Assembly (NCBI GenBank): GCA_016214055.1
Contig: JACRPE010000011.1
Span: 793 to 64,792, forward strand
Source: Candidatus Roizmanbacteria bacterium
GTDB taxonomy: Bacteria; Patescibacteriota; Microgenomatia; UBA1406; GWC2-37-13
DNA: 64,000 nucleotides
Reading direction: 5' to 3'
Shown: positions 24,371 through 34,615 of the stretch, in pieces
Layout: each line of letters begins with the position of its first letter
Numbering within the stretch: the stretch's first letter is position 1
Program-made: the position numbers and the translations under genes
Notes under the pieces: model-generated
What the model was told of the DNA's origin: nothing
Database searches by the model: none
Seen by the model: only the letters and a program-made list of their open reading frames with translations

Positions 24371-25576
24371 CTATTCATACCTGATCGCATCAATAGGCGA
24401 AAGATCTGCCGCTTTTTTTGCCGGAAATACACCGAATATAATTCCGATTACTGAGGAAACACCGAGCGCAAGTATCACCGAATTCACATCAATGTAGGCG
24501 GGGAAAAAATTATGAATGAAGTATACGATGATGTAAGCCAAGCCCAACCCCATCAATCCCCCAAGGAGTGAGAGCGCTACTGACTCAACAAGAAACTGCA
24601 TCAATATATCCTCTTTCCGTGCTCCAAGTGCACGACGAATGCCAATTTCTTTTATCCGCTCCGTAACCGTGACGTACATAATGTTCATGATTCCTATTCC
24701 TCCCACCACAAGCGAAACAGCGGCGATTGCCACAAGTACCGTATTCAACATCCCAAATATTGACTCGATTGCGCCCAGCAGTTCAGCTTGGTCAATAACC
24801 GAAAAATCATCCTCTTTATAACGCTTGAGGAGTGCATTTTTTAATTCCAATTTTGCATCAGCTATTGCGATGTCACTTTTAGATTGCACGATGATTGCAT
24901 AAAATTTTTTATCCGGGTTGAATACTTGGGCGGTAGTATGTGGCATGTAAATAAATGAGTCAAGATCGGGACCCCCAAATCCCCCGCCCCCTTTTGCGTC
25001 CAGTACTCCCATCACCCGAAATGATTGACCTTCTACTTTTATGTTTCGCCCTAGTGCCTGATCTTCAGTAGTAAAAAGCTTTGCCGCAATTTTGGGACCA
25101 ATGACTACAATCTTGCTCCTTTTTTCCACATCGTTTTTGGTAAAAAGTTCTCCATATTTTGCCTTCAGATTGAGCGCAATAAATACATCAGCAGTACTCG
25201 CATACAAATTTGCCCCCTCAGTTCCCTTACCGATTGAGACTGTGATTGATTTGGAAATAACCGGAATCACATTCTTGGCGCTTCTCACTCTTTGGAGACG
25301 GGCCACATCTTTTGCATCAAATCGGATGGTGCTGAGACTGCCCGTTGAGCTGAAGCTCCCCCCCTTGAGTATCTGGCCGGGCACCACCCGTATCAGATTA
25401 GAACCGAGGCTTTGGAATTGGTCGTTGATATATTTTTTTAAACCGAGTCCAAACGCAATGAGGATGACAACCGATAATACTCCGATGAGGATTCCCAGCG
25501 AAGTCAGGAATGTCCTCCCCTTATTCCGGGAAAAATCCTGAAAGGCCGAATTTATGACAAAAATAAAATGGTTCAT
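24371..25576 (-). CDS. ABC transporter permease, MacB/FtsX family
   Basis: N-terminal TM, large periplasmic domain, then a C-terminal FtsX-like 3-TM bundle with RIKEIGIRRALGARKEDI. Confidence 0.8.
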   Translation of the reverse strand: MNHFIFVINSAFQDFSRNKGRTFLTSLGILIGVLSVVILIAFGLGLKKYINDQFQSLGSNLIRVVPGQILKGGSFSSTGSLSTIRFDAKDVARLQRVRSAKNVIPVISKSITVSIGKGTEGANLYASTADVFIALNLKAKYGELFTKNDVEKRSKIVVIGPKIAAKLFTTEDQALGRNIKVEGQSFRVMGVLDAKGGGGFGGPDLDSFIYMPHTTAQVFNPDKKFYAIIVQSKSDIAIADAKLELKNALLKRYKEDDFSVIDQAELLGAIESIFGMLNTVLVAIAAVSLVVGGIGIMNIMYVTVTERIKEIGIRRALGARKEDILMQFLVESVALSLLGGLMGLGLAYIIVYFIHNFFPAYIDVNSVILALGVSSVIGIIFGVFPAKKAADLSPIDAIRYE

Positions 25577-26241
25577 TGTATTTCTCCATCCCTAATTTCT
25601 ATTTTTCTTTTCGTCTGCGCGGCTATATTGGGATCATGAGTGACGATGATGACAGTAATCTTTTCATGTTCATGCAATTCATGCAGAAGTTTCAAAATTT
25701 CGGTACCCGTCTTCGTATCCAGATTTCCCGTGGGTTCATCGGCCAAGATAAGTTTCGGGTTCATGATGAGAGCCCGCGCAATTGCCACTCTCTGTTGTTG
25801 ACCCCCTGATATTCTGTTCGGAAAAGAATTTTCTTTTCCCTCAAGTCCGAATCTTTTGATAAGATAACGGGCTTTTTCAAGAGGATCATGCGAGAGTTTA
25901 GAACGGGTGTATATGGTCGGAATCAAAATATTTTCCATCACTGACAATTTATTGATGAGATTAAACTGTTGAAAAACAAACCCGACGAATTCATTTCGAA
26001 GAGAAGATAATTGATCATCATTGAGTTTTGACACGTCTTTATTATTGATGCGTATCTGACCGCTCGTCGGTTGATCGAGAAGCCCAATGATATGCATGAG
26101 GGTTGATTTACCGGATCCGGACGGCCCTATGATGGAGGTGAACTCCCCCTGTTCTATAGTGACATTGATATCTTTAAGAGCACTAAAAATGACATCATCA
26201 TCAAGTACATATTTTTTATTTACGTGAGAAAGAGAGATCAT
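25573..26241 (-). CDS. ABC transporter ATP-binding protein (MacB/LolD type)
   Basis: GPSGSGKSTL (Walker A), LSGGQQQRVAIARAL-type signature ISGGQQQRVAIARAL, ILADEPTGNLD (Walker B). Confidence 0.9.
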   Translation of the reverse strand: MISLSHVNKKYVLDDDVIFSALKDINVTIEQGEFTSIIGPSGSGKSTLMHIIGLLDQPTSGQIRINNKDVSKLNDDQLSSLRNEFVGFVFQQFNLINKLSVMENILIPTIYTRSKLSHDPLEKARYLIKRFGLEGKENSFPNRISGGQQQRVAIARALIMNPKLILADEPTGNLDTKTGTEILKLLHELHEHEKITVIIVTHDPNIAAQTKRKIEIRDGEIQ

Positions 26242-26258
26242 ACATGTATTAAAGACTT

Positions 26259-27335
26259 TTATTTCACCGAATTGGTAAGAACATCGCCTTCGTCTATTCC
26301 TGACAATATCTCGCTATTGCCATCAACTTCAAGCCCCGTTTTAATATATTTTTTTTCTTCTTTTCCTTTATTTGCTCTCCATACATATTTTTTGCTTCCG
26401 TCTGTTTTTATATAAGTGCTTGGAATAGCTATTACATTATTCTTTTCCTGTAGGGTAAAGGTTGCATCCCCAGTCATGCCGAGCCGGAATGCGTTTTGTT
26501 CATTGACATTATCGTTTAATGCCATTTTTATCTCATATACCGTGCCTGTCTCGCCTGTTTTGGGAATAAAGGAAATAAAATAAATAGTCCCATCCATTTT
26601 TTTCTCAGGATATGAGTCAAGTTGGACCGTGGCTTTCATATCTTTTTGCAGTTTGACTACGTCGGTCTGGTCGGCAAGAGCTGAGAAGAAAATAGTCTTT
26701 GGATTTACAACTTCATACGTTGAAGTGATGCCGATGTTGACTCCCGGATACTTGGCATCTGCCCGTATCACAATTCCGTCAATGGGGGTAGTCAAATAGG
26801 AATATTGTTTTGCAAGATCCTGCAGTTCTACTGTAAGGACAGAGCTGGTCAAATCATACTGGGCATTCTCAAGAAGCCGTTTCATCTTATCTCCCTGTTC
26901 ATGCGTCGGCTGATCTCCGACCCGGCTGTTATCATCCTTGGATTGCTCATAGGTATTTCTTGATTTTGCGTAATCATTTAAATTCTTCTGGAGATTTTTA
27001 GTGACACTCCGTTGATCCAATGCCGCTATCCCCTGATATTTTTTTACATAATCACCCTCTTTAACTCCCACCCAGGAGAGAAGGCCTGCGGTCTGAAACT
27101 GCAATATCACATGTTCCTCGGCGTTTATGGTACCGGATAAAGACAGGTCTTCTTTCATCGTCATCCTGCCTACGGTATAAGTTGAGCTTTTTTTTGCCTG
27201 GGCTGTTGCCTGCATCTGCTTATTTACAAAAAATCCTCCCACAAGAAAGAGAACTATCAGGATATACCACCTTTTTTTTGCAAAACCCAAAACTTTTTTT
27301 GTAATTTTCATATTAAAGAAACGGAAGCCATTCAT
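26259..27335 (-). CDS. HlyD/MacA-type periplasmic adaptor
   Basis: N-terminal TM, coiled-coil middle, beta-barrel-like C-terminus. Operonic with the ABC pair. The start could be the internal Met at 27311. Confidence 0.6.
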   Translation of the reverse strand: MNGFRFFNMKITKKVLGFAKKRWYILIVLFLVGGFFVNKQMQATAQAKKSSTYTVGRMTMKEDLSLSGTINAEEHVILQFQTAGLLSWVGVKEGDYVKKYQGIAALDQRSVTKNLQKNLNDYAKSRNTYEQSKDDNSRVGDQPTHEQGDKMKRLLENAQYDLTSSVLTVELQDLAKQYSYLTTPIDGIVIRADAKYPGVNIGITSTYEVVNPKTIFFSALADQTDVVKLQKDMKATVQLDSYPEKKMDGTIYFISFIPKTGETGTVYEIKMALNDNVNEQNAFRLGMTGDATFTLQEKNNVIAIPSTYIKTDGSKKYVWRANKGKEEKKYIKTGLEVDGNSEILSGIDEGDVLTNSVK

Positions 27336-28416
27336 TGATGGGCATCACATTATACGCGAGAAAATTCCATGTGTACATATATATTCCGATAATCATGATG
27401 AGAAAAATAATGATAAACTTTTTTGAAGAGAAAAAACTTTCAAAGGCAATGCATGCAAGGGGCCAAAGAGGAAGGCTGTACCGGCTGATATCCCGGTGTT
27501 GCACAAAAAGGGTTGCGGTCCAAAAAAGAAGACTGAAATAAAAAAAACTACGATACTTACTGTCCTTCAATTGATATACAGTCAGTCCATATAGGAAGAA
27601 ATAAAATAATACATCCTCAAGCCACGCGGTACCAATCCATGATTTCCCGAAATCAAACACCGAAAAAGGGGCTACAAGATGGATATTATCACCCGAGTGA
27701 AAGTAGGCAAGAAAATCTCCCGTTTGATTCGCATAGAATAAACAAACAAGGAGAAAACCAGCGGGAATAAGGAATATCCATATCCATGACAGCTTTAATT
27801 TTTTTGTTTTTATAAACCGTTCAACAAATACAAATCCATAGGCCGCAAAAAGGATAAGTCCCGGAGTTTTGGTCATAACCGACAGCCCTCCCAGTAATCC
27901 CGCGAGTAAGTATTTTTCCTTTTCGAAGAAATAAAGTGAGGTTAGGATGAGAAACAGAAATAATGACTCGGGAGCTCCGACTGACCGGACCACCAAAAAC
28001 CGGGGAAGGAAGAGAAAAAGTGAGACGATGAGGAGTGGGTACTTGGTGAGATTGAATTTCTTGAGAAAAAAATAAAAAAGCATGGCAAGTAGGCCGGTAA
28101 AGAAAACATTCACCGCAAGCATAGATTTCAAATATCCAAATACAGGCGCCGTAAGCCGGATAAGAAACGGATAAAGAGGGAGATGTGCGGTAAAGTAGAG
28201 TGGGTTTTGTGAGAGACTGCTGTCACGGTTTATAGCTTCAATATCCTTCGGAACATACATCGATTTAGCCGCAATGATATAGTTTGGACCGTCAAAATTC
28301 TTGTAAACGGTGAGGAAGTTTGATGTTTTCAAAATAAACGGCATCCATACAAGTAACGTGCTTGTTAAAACAACGAGAAGTAAGGTAAAATAGGGTATGA
28401 AACGCTTAAAATCCAT
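27313..28416 (-). CDS. Polytopic GT-C-like membrane protein
   Basis: About 11 hydrophobic helices. The start is placed at MDFKRF (28416), although the track ORF extends to 28506. Confidence 0.45.
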   Translation of the reverse strand: MDFKRFIPYFTLLLVVLTSTLLVWMPFILKTSNFLTVYKNFDGPNYIIAAKSMYVPKDIEAINRDSSLSQNPLYFTAHLPLYPFLIRLTAPVFGYLKSMLAVNVFFTGLLAMLFYFFLKKFNLTKYPLLIVSLFLFLPRFLVVRSVGAPESLFLFLILTSLYFFEKEKYLLAGLLGGLSVMTKTPGLILFAAYGFVFVERFIKTKKLKLSWIWIFLIPAGFLLVCLFYANQTGDFLAYFHSGDNIHLVAPFSVFDFGKSWIGTAWLEDVLFYFFLYGLTVYQLKDSKYRSFFYFSLLFWTATLFVQHRDISRYSLPLWPLACIAFESFFSSKKFIIIFLIMIIGIYMYTWNFLAYNVMPINEWLPFL

Positions 28417-29869
28417 AGGCGCGTGGCTCAAAAAAAATAAGTTTGTTGCTCTTATTATACTATGCGCGGTCTTCATGCGCATGTGGCGTTTGGGCGATTT
28501 TGCCATGTTTTTGGCTGATCAAGGGCGGGATGCTATCATCATCAAACGCATTGTCATGCTTGAGCACTTTCCCCTCATTGGGCCCCCAAGCTCCATTGGA
28601 CAAGTTTATCTTGGACCATTTTTTTATTATTTGGTTGCGCCTTTTCTTTTCCTGTTTGCGTTAAACCCTGCTGGCTTAGCCTTTGGAGTATCATTTCTTT
28701 CAATTGTTGGTATAGTATTGGGATATTATATCGTCAGAAAAGTCTTAAAAGAAAAGGTTGCATTGGTCTTCTTGGTCCTTTGCACCTTTTCCTATCAGCT
28801 TATCTGGGCCGCCCGCTTTTCCTGGAATCCTAACCTGCTTCCTGTCTTTGCGTTTTTTACACTCTATTTTTTTTACAAGGCGCTTGAAACAAAAAAGATA
28901 GTGTATTCCTTTCTCTACGGTGCATTCTTCGCGCTCTCCTTCCAGCTTCACCATCTCGCCGCATTCTTAGGAGCACCTATTGTTCTCACATTTATATATC
29001 AATTCATAACCGAAAAGAAAAAAATCCCATTATTATTATCTCCTTTCATTGCGGTTGCTTCTTTTCTCCTGATTTCCTCTCCCCTTATCATCTTTGATTT
29101 AAAACACGATTTCTTAAACACCAAAAATCTCATCTCTCTTTTTACCCAGCAAAATGTGGTGGCGGGGGGATCTCCACTTGCAAGACTGCTTGAAACAAAT
29201 CATGCGTTTTGGTCCACCATACTTCAACGGTCGTACTCCCAAATGTTTTCAACTGCATTGGGAGTCATGTTTTTCGCGGCGCTCATTTTCTTGTGGATGA
29301 GGAAGAAGGATTTATTTGTATTAATACATACCATAAATTTCTTTTCTTTTATTTATCTCTTCAGTATCCTCAGCAGTGCAAGATATCCTCATTATTACGG
29401 CACGGCCTATTTGAGTTTTTTTGTTTTGTGTGCATATCTTCTCGCCTCTGTTCCTAAAAAAGCATACACAACGGCAGTGTTGGGATTTGTGATAAGTGCG
29501 TATATCGCGCTCAATGCCAAACAATACTCATTCATAACCGGTCAAACGAGTAATCAGATTGTATTTGCCCAACGTATAGCCGAGTCCCTTGCTCCCCGCA
29601 TCGATAATAAACCCTTTAATTTTGCCACCTACCCCATTGAGTTCACCAGCGAAGATACGTTTCTCTATTTTCTGGAAAAACAGGGGTTGAAGACAGCAAA
29701 TCGGGAAGCAAAAGAAGTGACCGACCAGATGTATGTCCTTTGCGACCGAGAACCCTGCCGGATACTTGATTCACATTCATGGAATATCGAAATATTTGGG
29801 AAAGCAAAAATTGATACAATGTGGGAAGTTTCCGGAGTCAAAATTTACCGATTGGTCCATGAAAAATAA
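28397..29869 (+). CDS. GT-C (ArnT/PMT-like) membrane glycosyltransferase candidate
   Basis: 490-aa polytopic protein, RMWRLGDFAMFLADQGRDAI after TM1. Confidence 0.55.
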   Translation: MKRLKSIGAWLKKNKFVALIILCAVFMRMWRLGDFAMFLADQGRDAIIIKRIVMLEHFPLIGPPSSIGQVYLGPFFYYLVAPFLFLFALNPAGLAFGVSFLSIVGIVLGYYIVRKVLKEKVALVFLVLCTFSYQLIWAARFSWNPNLLPVFAFFTLYFFYKALETKKIVYSFLYGAFFALSFQLHHLAAFLGAPIVLTFIYQFITEKKKIPLLLSPFIAVASFLLISSPLIIFDLKHDFLNTKNLISLFTQQNVVAGGSPLARLLETNHAFWSTILQRSYSQMFSTALGVMFFAALIFLWMRKKDLFVLIHTINFFSFIYLFSILSSARYPHYYGTAYLSFFVLCAYLLASVPKKAYTTAVLGFVISAYIALNAKQYSFITGQTSNQIVFAQRIAESLAPRIDNKPFNFATYPIEFTSEDTFLYFLEKQGLKTANREAKEVTDQMYVLCDREPCRILDSHSWNIEIFGKAKIDTMWEVSGVKIYRLVHEK

Positions 29870-30617
29870 TATGACGGTTTCCCTTATTATCCCCGCGTAC
29901 AACGAAGAGGTAAATATCCAAAAAGGGGTATTGGATAAAATCAGTAACTTTACCAAAGAACATCCTGAGTTTTCGGAAGTTATCATCGTGGATGACGGAT
30001 CAACAGATGATACGAAAAACCTAATTAAGAGGGAATACACGCAGAGGTTTTCTCATTTCCGGCTTATTGAAAATAATCATGCCGGAAAAGCACAAGCAAT
30101 CATAACCGGTATAAAAGAGGCAAAATCAGACATTGTGATGTTTACTGATATTGATTTGGCGACCCCGATTGAAGAAGGTGAGAAGTTACTCAATGCGCTG
30201 AAGGATACCTATGACATAGCAATCGGATCCCGCAATACCCATCGTGAAGGAGCGCCTCTGCTCCGAAAAATTATGGCGGTTGGTTTTATTTTTATCCGCA
30301 ACTCTCTCATCGGGTTAAATAATATCAAAGATACTCAATGTGGCTTTAAGGCTTTTGAAAGAAAAGCCGCCTTAAAGATCATTGATAAACTTCAGGTTTT
30401 TAATAAACAGTCCTCAATCACCGGCTCATCGGTGAAGGCGGGATTTGATTTGGAGTTTTTATTTGTGGCCATTAAGTTAGGCTATAAGATTAAAGAAATT
30501 CCCGTCACCTGGAAACACGTTGAAACGAAAAATGTAAACTTTTTCCGTGACTTTATCGATACGATGAAGGATATCCTTGCCATCAAGTACTATGACCTTA
30601 CCAAAAAGTACGATTAA
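29859..30617 (+). CDS. GT2 polyprenol-phosphate glycosyltransferase (DPM1/GtrB-like)
   Basis: VSLIIPAYNEE, VIIVDDGSTDDT, FTDIDLATP, QCGFKAF. The start is taken at MKNNM. Confidence 0.8.
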   Translation: MKNNMTVSLIIPAYNEEVNIQKGVLDKISNFTKEHPEFSEVIIVDDGSTDDTKNLIKREYTQRFSHFRLIENNHAGKAQAIITGIKEAKSDIVMFTDIDLATPIEEGEKLLNALKDTYDIAIGSRNTHREGAPLLRKIMAVGFIFIRNSLIGLNNIKDTQCGFKAFERKAALKIIDKLQVFNKQSSITGSSVKAGFDLEFLFVAIKLGYKIKEIPVTWKHVETKNVNFFRDFIDTMKDILAIKYYDLTKKYD

Positions 30618-31998
30618 AAAAATAGCCCCTCTTTTGTTCCTTTTATTGGCGGGATGCCTTGTTGTTTTCTACCAATACTTATCAATACCGAAAAATACCA
30701 CCTTCGATGAAATCGAGTTTGCAAAACTCGCCCTTCAACTGGGGAAGCAGCCTTATGCCCCCTATAGTCAGCTTGCAACCGGCCATGCGACTCTTTATTT
30801 TTATATCATTCTTTTATCTTTTAAATTATTTGGGGTGAGTCTCTTTGCTCTTCGCCTCCCTGCGGCAGTGTTCGGAATTCTGAATCCGCTTATTTTCTAT
30901 TTAATAATGAAAAAAATATTTAATCCTTCTTGTCATCCCGAACTTGTTTTGGGATCTTCAATTAATACTAAGATGCTGAAGCCAGTTCAGCATGACAACT
31001 TTTTTTTGAAATATCAACCTTTTATCCTTTCTCTTATTTTCATCACTCTTCGCTGGTACTTTAATTTTGCCCGCTTTGGATTCGAGGTAACTTTTCTACT
31101 TTTTCTTGAACTGATGTCTTTGTATTTTATGTTTAAATATACCGATGTCATCCTGAACTTGGTTCAGGATCTTAAAAAGATGCCGAAACAAGTTCGGCAT
31201 GACAAAATTTGGTTAGTTTTCTCAGGAATATTCGCCGGTCTTGCGTATAATTCCTACCAACCCGGGAGAATATTTGTTCTGATTCCATTATTTTTATTAT
31301 TAGTCAAGGGCTTCGTCATTCCCGCCCTCCGAATCGGAGGGGGAATCCAGGCTAAAATAACATCTTTAATGTATTTTTTAATTCCCTTTTTTATTCTTAT
31401 TCTTCCCCTCATCATCTATCTCAATATTCACAAGGACACCCGCTTTTACCAGCAGTTTTATCCTGATAACCACGAGATGACACTGGACGAAAAGGGTCAA
31501 TTTTTTATGCGGAATCTTTCATCTACGGCGGGTATTTTCCTTGTGAATGGAGATGTAAATGGCCGCCATAACTATCCTAATAAAGCGGCGCTTAACCCCA
31601 TGCTCGGCGTTTTATTTCTTGCAGGGTTGCTTATTGCAATAAAAAAAATTAAAGAACGGAATAATCAGTTGTTCCTCCTCTGGTTTTTTCTTTCCCTTGC
31701 CCCGACACTCGTGACTTATCCATGGGAGAATCCAAATATGCTGAGAACATTTACAGTAATTCCATCGGTTGTCTATTTTGTTGGTCTTGCGATTAAAAAA
31801 TTGAGTGATGTTTCCATACTGCAAAAACCTGCACTTAAAAATGTCTTTATAATAATGATCTTCATGCTTATCAGTGTTTCATCACTCTATGAATTACGTA
31901 CCTATTTTGTCCATCAAGCCCAAGTGTTTAAAGAAGCGTTTGAAACAGAGCGGGATCTTATCTATTATTTAAATCCTTCCGATGTACCAAAAAAATAA
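30577..31998 (+). CDS. GT-C-like membrane protein carrying three in-ORF palindromic-element insertions
   Basis: Polytopic, with TFDEIEFAKLA after TM1. The ORF stays open across M3, M4 and M5. Confidence 0.55.
   Translation: MPSSTMTLPKSTIKKIAPLLFLLLAGCLVVFYQYLSIPKNTTFDEIEFAKLALQLGKQPYAPYSQLATGHATLYFYIILLSFKLFGVSLFALRLPAAVFGILNPLIFYLIMKKIFNPSCHPELVLGSSINTKMLKPVQHDNFFLKYQPFILSLIFITLRWYFNFARFGFEVTFLLFLELMSLYFMFKYTDVILNLVQDLKKMPKQVRHDKIWLVFSGIFAGLAYNSYQPGRIFVLIPLFLLLVKGFVIPALRIGGGIQAKITSLMYFLIPFFILILPLIIYLNIHKDTRFYQQFYPDNHEMTLDEKGQFFMRNLSSTAGIFLVNGDVNGRHNYPNKAALNPMLGVLFLAGLLIAIKKIKERNNQLFLLWFFLSLAPTLVTYPWENPNMLRTFTVIPSVVYFVGLAIKKLSDVSILQKPALKNVFIIMIFMLISVSSLYELRTYFVHQAQVFKEAFETERDLIYYLNPSDVPKK
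30932..30996. mobile_element. MITE-like element M3 (inside CDS)
   Basis: GTCAT-cccgaac..ttttggg-ATC ... GAT-gctgaa..ttcagc-ATGAC, translated as CHPELVLGSSINTKMLKPVQHD. Confidence 0.65.
31147..31203. mobile_element. MITE-like element M4 (inside CDS)
   Basis: GTCAT-cctgaac-ttg-gttcagg-ATC ttaaaaa GAT-gccgaaac-aa-gttcggc-ATGAC, translated as VILNLVQDLKKMPKQVRHD. Confidence 0.7.
31315..31348. mobile_element. Half MITE-like element M5 (inside CDS) containing a GANTC hairpin
   Basis: GTCATTCCCG-ccctccgaatcggaggg-GGAATCC, translated as VIPALRIGGGIQ. Confidence 0.6.
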
Positions 31999-33145
31999 AC
32001 TATTTAATCTTATTGGAATTTTGCTTTTGTTAGTCTCTACCATTTACACATCCTTTGTTATCTATCAAAATAAGCAGCTATATTTAACTAAATTTGATTT
32101 AAGCAAATTCAAACGCGCTTTTGAGCAATCTCAGTGGAGAGTTCCAAATTCGACCCGTCCCATATCTGATGAAACACTGTATACCTATGCGGGTTATCTA
32201 TATATACAAGGTGAAAACCCCATATTGATAAATCCTGAGGCGCCTCCTTTAGGAAAATATCTCATTGGTCTTTCGATTCAACTATTTGATAATGCAAAGA
32301 TATTGAATGTTATTTTTGGTTATACGTGCCTCATGTTGATATTTTTCATGATATATTATCTTACGCGCTCTCTTCTTTCGTCCAGCTTGGCTGTTTTTCT
32401 CACTTCAATTAACACTCTTTTTATCGATCAATTGATTCACAACCCGCAATTGGAAATAATCCAGTTATTTTTTTTGCTGGTGTTCACTTGTTTCTTCATT
32501 CTTTATGAAAAAAAAGGGGACATTGTGTATGTTTTGTTATCAGGATTAACTTTAGGATTTTTCCTCTCAGTAAAAGCATTTACTTACCATGTCTTACTTG
32601 TCTTTTTCACCTTATCTCTTTATATTTTGAAGGATGCCCTCTTAATAAGAAAAAAAATTGAAATAAAGAGATATTTCTTTATATTTATCCTTTTTTTTGT
32701 GTCTTGCGTTACATACATGATTACTTACTTTGGATATTTTTTACATAGTGGCACACTGCGGGGGTTTTTTGGGGTCCAAAAATGGATATTTCTTTTCTAT
32801 AAATCATCGGGAATTGATATGTTCAGGACTATTGGTTCATATCTGTCGCTCATATTTATAAACCGATGGCGCTTCTGGACCAAAAACTACCCCCTCATCC
32901 CTTACCAAGATTGGAGTGTGCTTTGGCCTTTTGTATTTTTACTTGCTTGTTTTGCTTCATTAAAACTATTGAAGAATAATACGTACACCATTCTTATCAG
33001 TTTTTTTGTTATCTACAATATCTTTTTGCTATTTACTCCTCTTTATCCACGCTATTTATTATTACTTTTTACAATAGGAAATATTATTATTACTCTCTAT
33101 TTTGATGAAGTTATCAACGTCAAACATGAAAAAAAGAAGAAGTAA
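31982..33145 (+). CDS. GT-C-like membrane protein
   Basis: Polytopic. RPISDETLYTYAGYLYIQGENP..EAPPLGKYLIG is PMT_2-like. Confidence 0.5.
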   Translation: MYQKNKLFNLIGILLLLVSTIYTSFVIYQNKQLYLTKFDLSKFKRAFEQSQWRVPNSTRPISDETLYTYAGYLYIQGENPILINPEAPPLGKYLIGLSIQLFDNAKILNVIFGYTCLMLIFFMIYYLTRSLLSSSLAVFLTSINTLFIDQLIHNPQLEIIQLFFLLVFTCFFILYEKKGDIVYVLLSGLTLGFFLSVKAFTYHVLLVFFTLSLYILKDALLIRKKIEIKRYFFIFILFFVSCVTYMITYFGYFLHSGTLRGFFGVQKWIFLFYKSSGIDMFRTIGSYLSLIFINRWRFWTKNYPLIPYQDWSVLWPFVFLLACFASLKLLKNNTYTILISFFVIYNIFLLFTPLYPRYLLLLFTIGNIIITLYFDEVINVKHEKKKK

Positions 33146-34589
33146 CGTATTCCTTAACCATCTCCCATTTATAATCTTTTTAGCAGGATTCTTTTTCCTT
33201 GTAACCTATCTGATAGTTAAAAGAAACGTGCCTTTTTACGACTGGGATGAATCAATATATGCCCAAGTTGGACGTGAAATGATGCGAAGTAAATCATTCT
33301 TCGTCCCGATGTGGCAAGGACGGCCCTGGCTGGATAAACCACCTGTCCCTTCATTATTTTATGGGATAGTAGAACTCCTTCCGTTTGCACAGGAAATTAC
33401 GACCCGTATAGCCACCTTAATTCTCAGCTCTATAACTCTTATCTTTCTTTATATTCTTGGACTCAAGGTAACCAAATCAAAAACAATTTCGCTTCTTTCC
33501 GTCATCATCACCGCTTTTCTGCCCATATATTTTCAACGCTCCCAGGCTTTGAATGTCGATGTATTTCTCCTTATGGGGTGGTTGGGTTATGTGATATGGT
33601 ATAAAAATCTCTTTGCGTCCGTTTGTTTTTTACTCCTTGCAACACTCAGCAAATCGCTTTTAGGGTTTTTTCCACCCGTTATGTTTTTGGGTTATCACCT
33701 TTTTGAATATGCAACAAAAGAGATAGGTAAAAAGCAATTTATCTCCCATTTGAAACGATTGGGCATACAGGTTGGCATATCAAGTATCTGGTTTATCGGA
33801 ATGCTTTTAGTCTACCGGTATGATTTTATCCAGTACCACTTTATTGACAGCCATTTCAAACGGGTTACAGCATCGATAGAACAGCACTTCGGACAACGGA
33901 CATTCTATGTCACGGTGCTTATCGACCAGTTTAAACTACTCCTTGTCCCGGCATTTCTTTCCCTTGGATACCTCACTTATTCTTTTTTTAAGGAGAAATC
34001 AAAAAGATATCTGACTCTCCTTGCCGTATTTTTTGTCCCCTGGTTTGTATTTCTCAACCTTACTAAAACGAAAATAGAGTGGTATATTTACCCCGTTCTT
34101 CCCCAGTTTGCGCTCCTTGCATCCTATCCTCTTATATTTCTCAAAAAGAAAACAAACTTACTCATTGTTGCGGGAATACTAATAGGAATATTTTATTTTC
34201 GTACCATCACCCCAATCAATTCTCTTCTGACTCAATCTTTCTCAAGTTTGGAGGACCACCAACTTATCGCGGTTGATGCCAAGAAAAATAGGTGTTCCCG
34301 GTTATTTGTCTTAGTTGGGCAGGATACCAGAACATCTTATAAAACACTCAAATCAATGGATCTTGTCATCTCGACAACTACCTGGTGGGGAAATCATCCT
34401 TCGATAGCCTATTATGCTGACGTAAATACCACTTATCTGTATTCAACAAATGAGGCATTGTTCCGACTAAAAACGCTCAGTAAATATGAATGCATGATTT
34501 GGGAAAAAAATGATGAAAAATTCATCAATGAAAAGACCGCGTATCAAATATCGGAAAATAAAACCTACCTGCTTTTACAGGCACGATAA
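33126..34589 (+). CDS. ArnT/PMT-family (GT39/GT83-like) glycosyltransferase
   Basis: YDWDESIYAQVGREMMRS..WLDKPPV is the classic first-loop motif. The start is taken at MKKRRSN. Confidence 0.7.
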   Translation: MKKRRSNVFLNHLPFIIFLAGFFFLVTYLIVKRNVPFYDWDESIYAQVGREMMRSKSFFVPMWQGRPWLDKPPVPSLFYGIVELLPFAQEITTRIATLILSSITLIFLYILGLKVTKSKTISLLSVIITAFLPIYFQRSQALNVDVFLLMGWLGYVIWYKNLFASVCFLLLATLSKSLLGFFPPVMFLGYHLFEYATKEIGKKQFISHLKRLGIQVGISSIWFIGMLLVYRYDFIQYHFIDSHFKRVTASIEQHFGQRTFYVTVLIDQFKLLLVPAFLSLGYLTYSFFKEKSKRYLTLLAVFFVPWFVFLNLTKTKIEWYIYPVLPQFALLASYPLIFLKKKTNLLIVAGILIGIFYFRTITPINSLLTQSFSSLEDHQLIAVDAKKNRCSRLFVLVGQDTRTSYKTLKSMDLVISTTTWWGNHPSIAYYADVNTTYLYSTNEALFRLKTLSKYECMIWEKNDEKFINEKTAYQISENKTYLLLQAR

Positions 34590-34615
34590 TGGTATTAATG
34601 GTATAATAAGGACAT

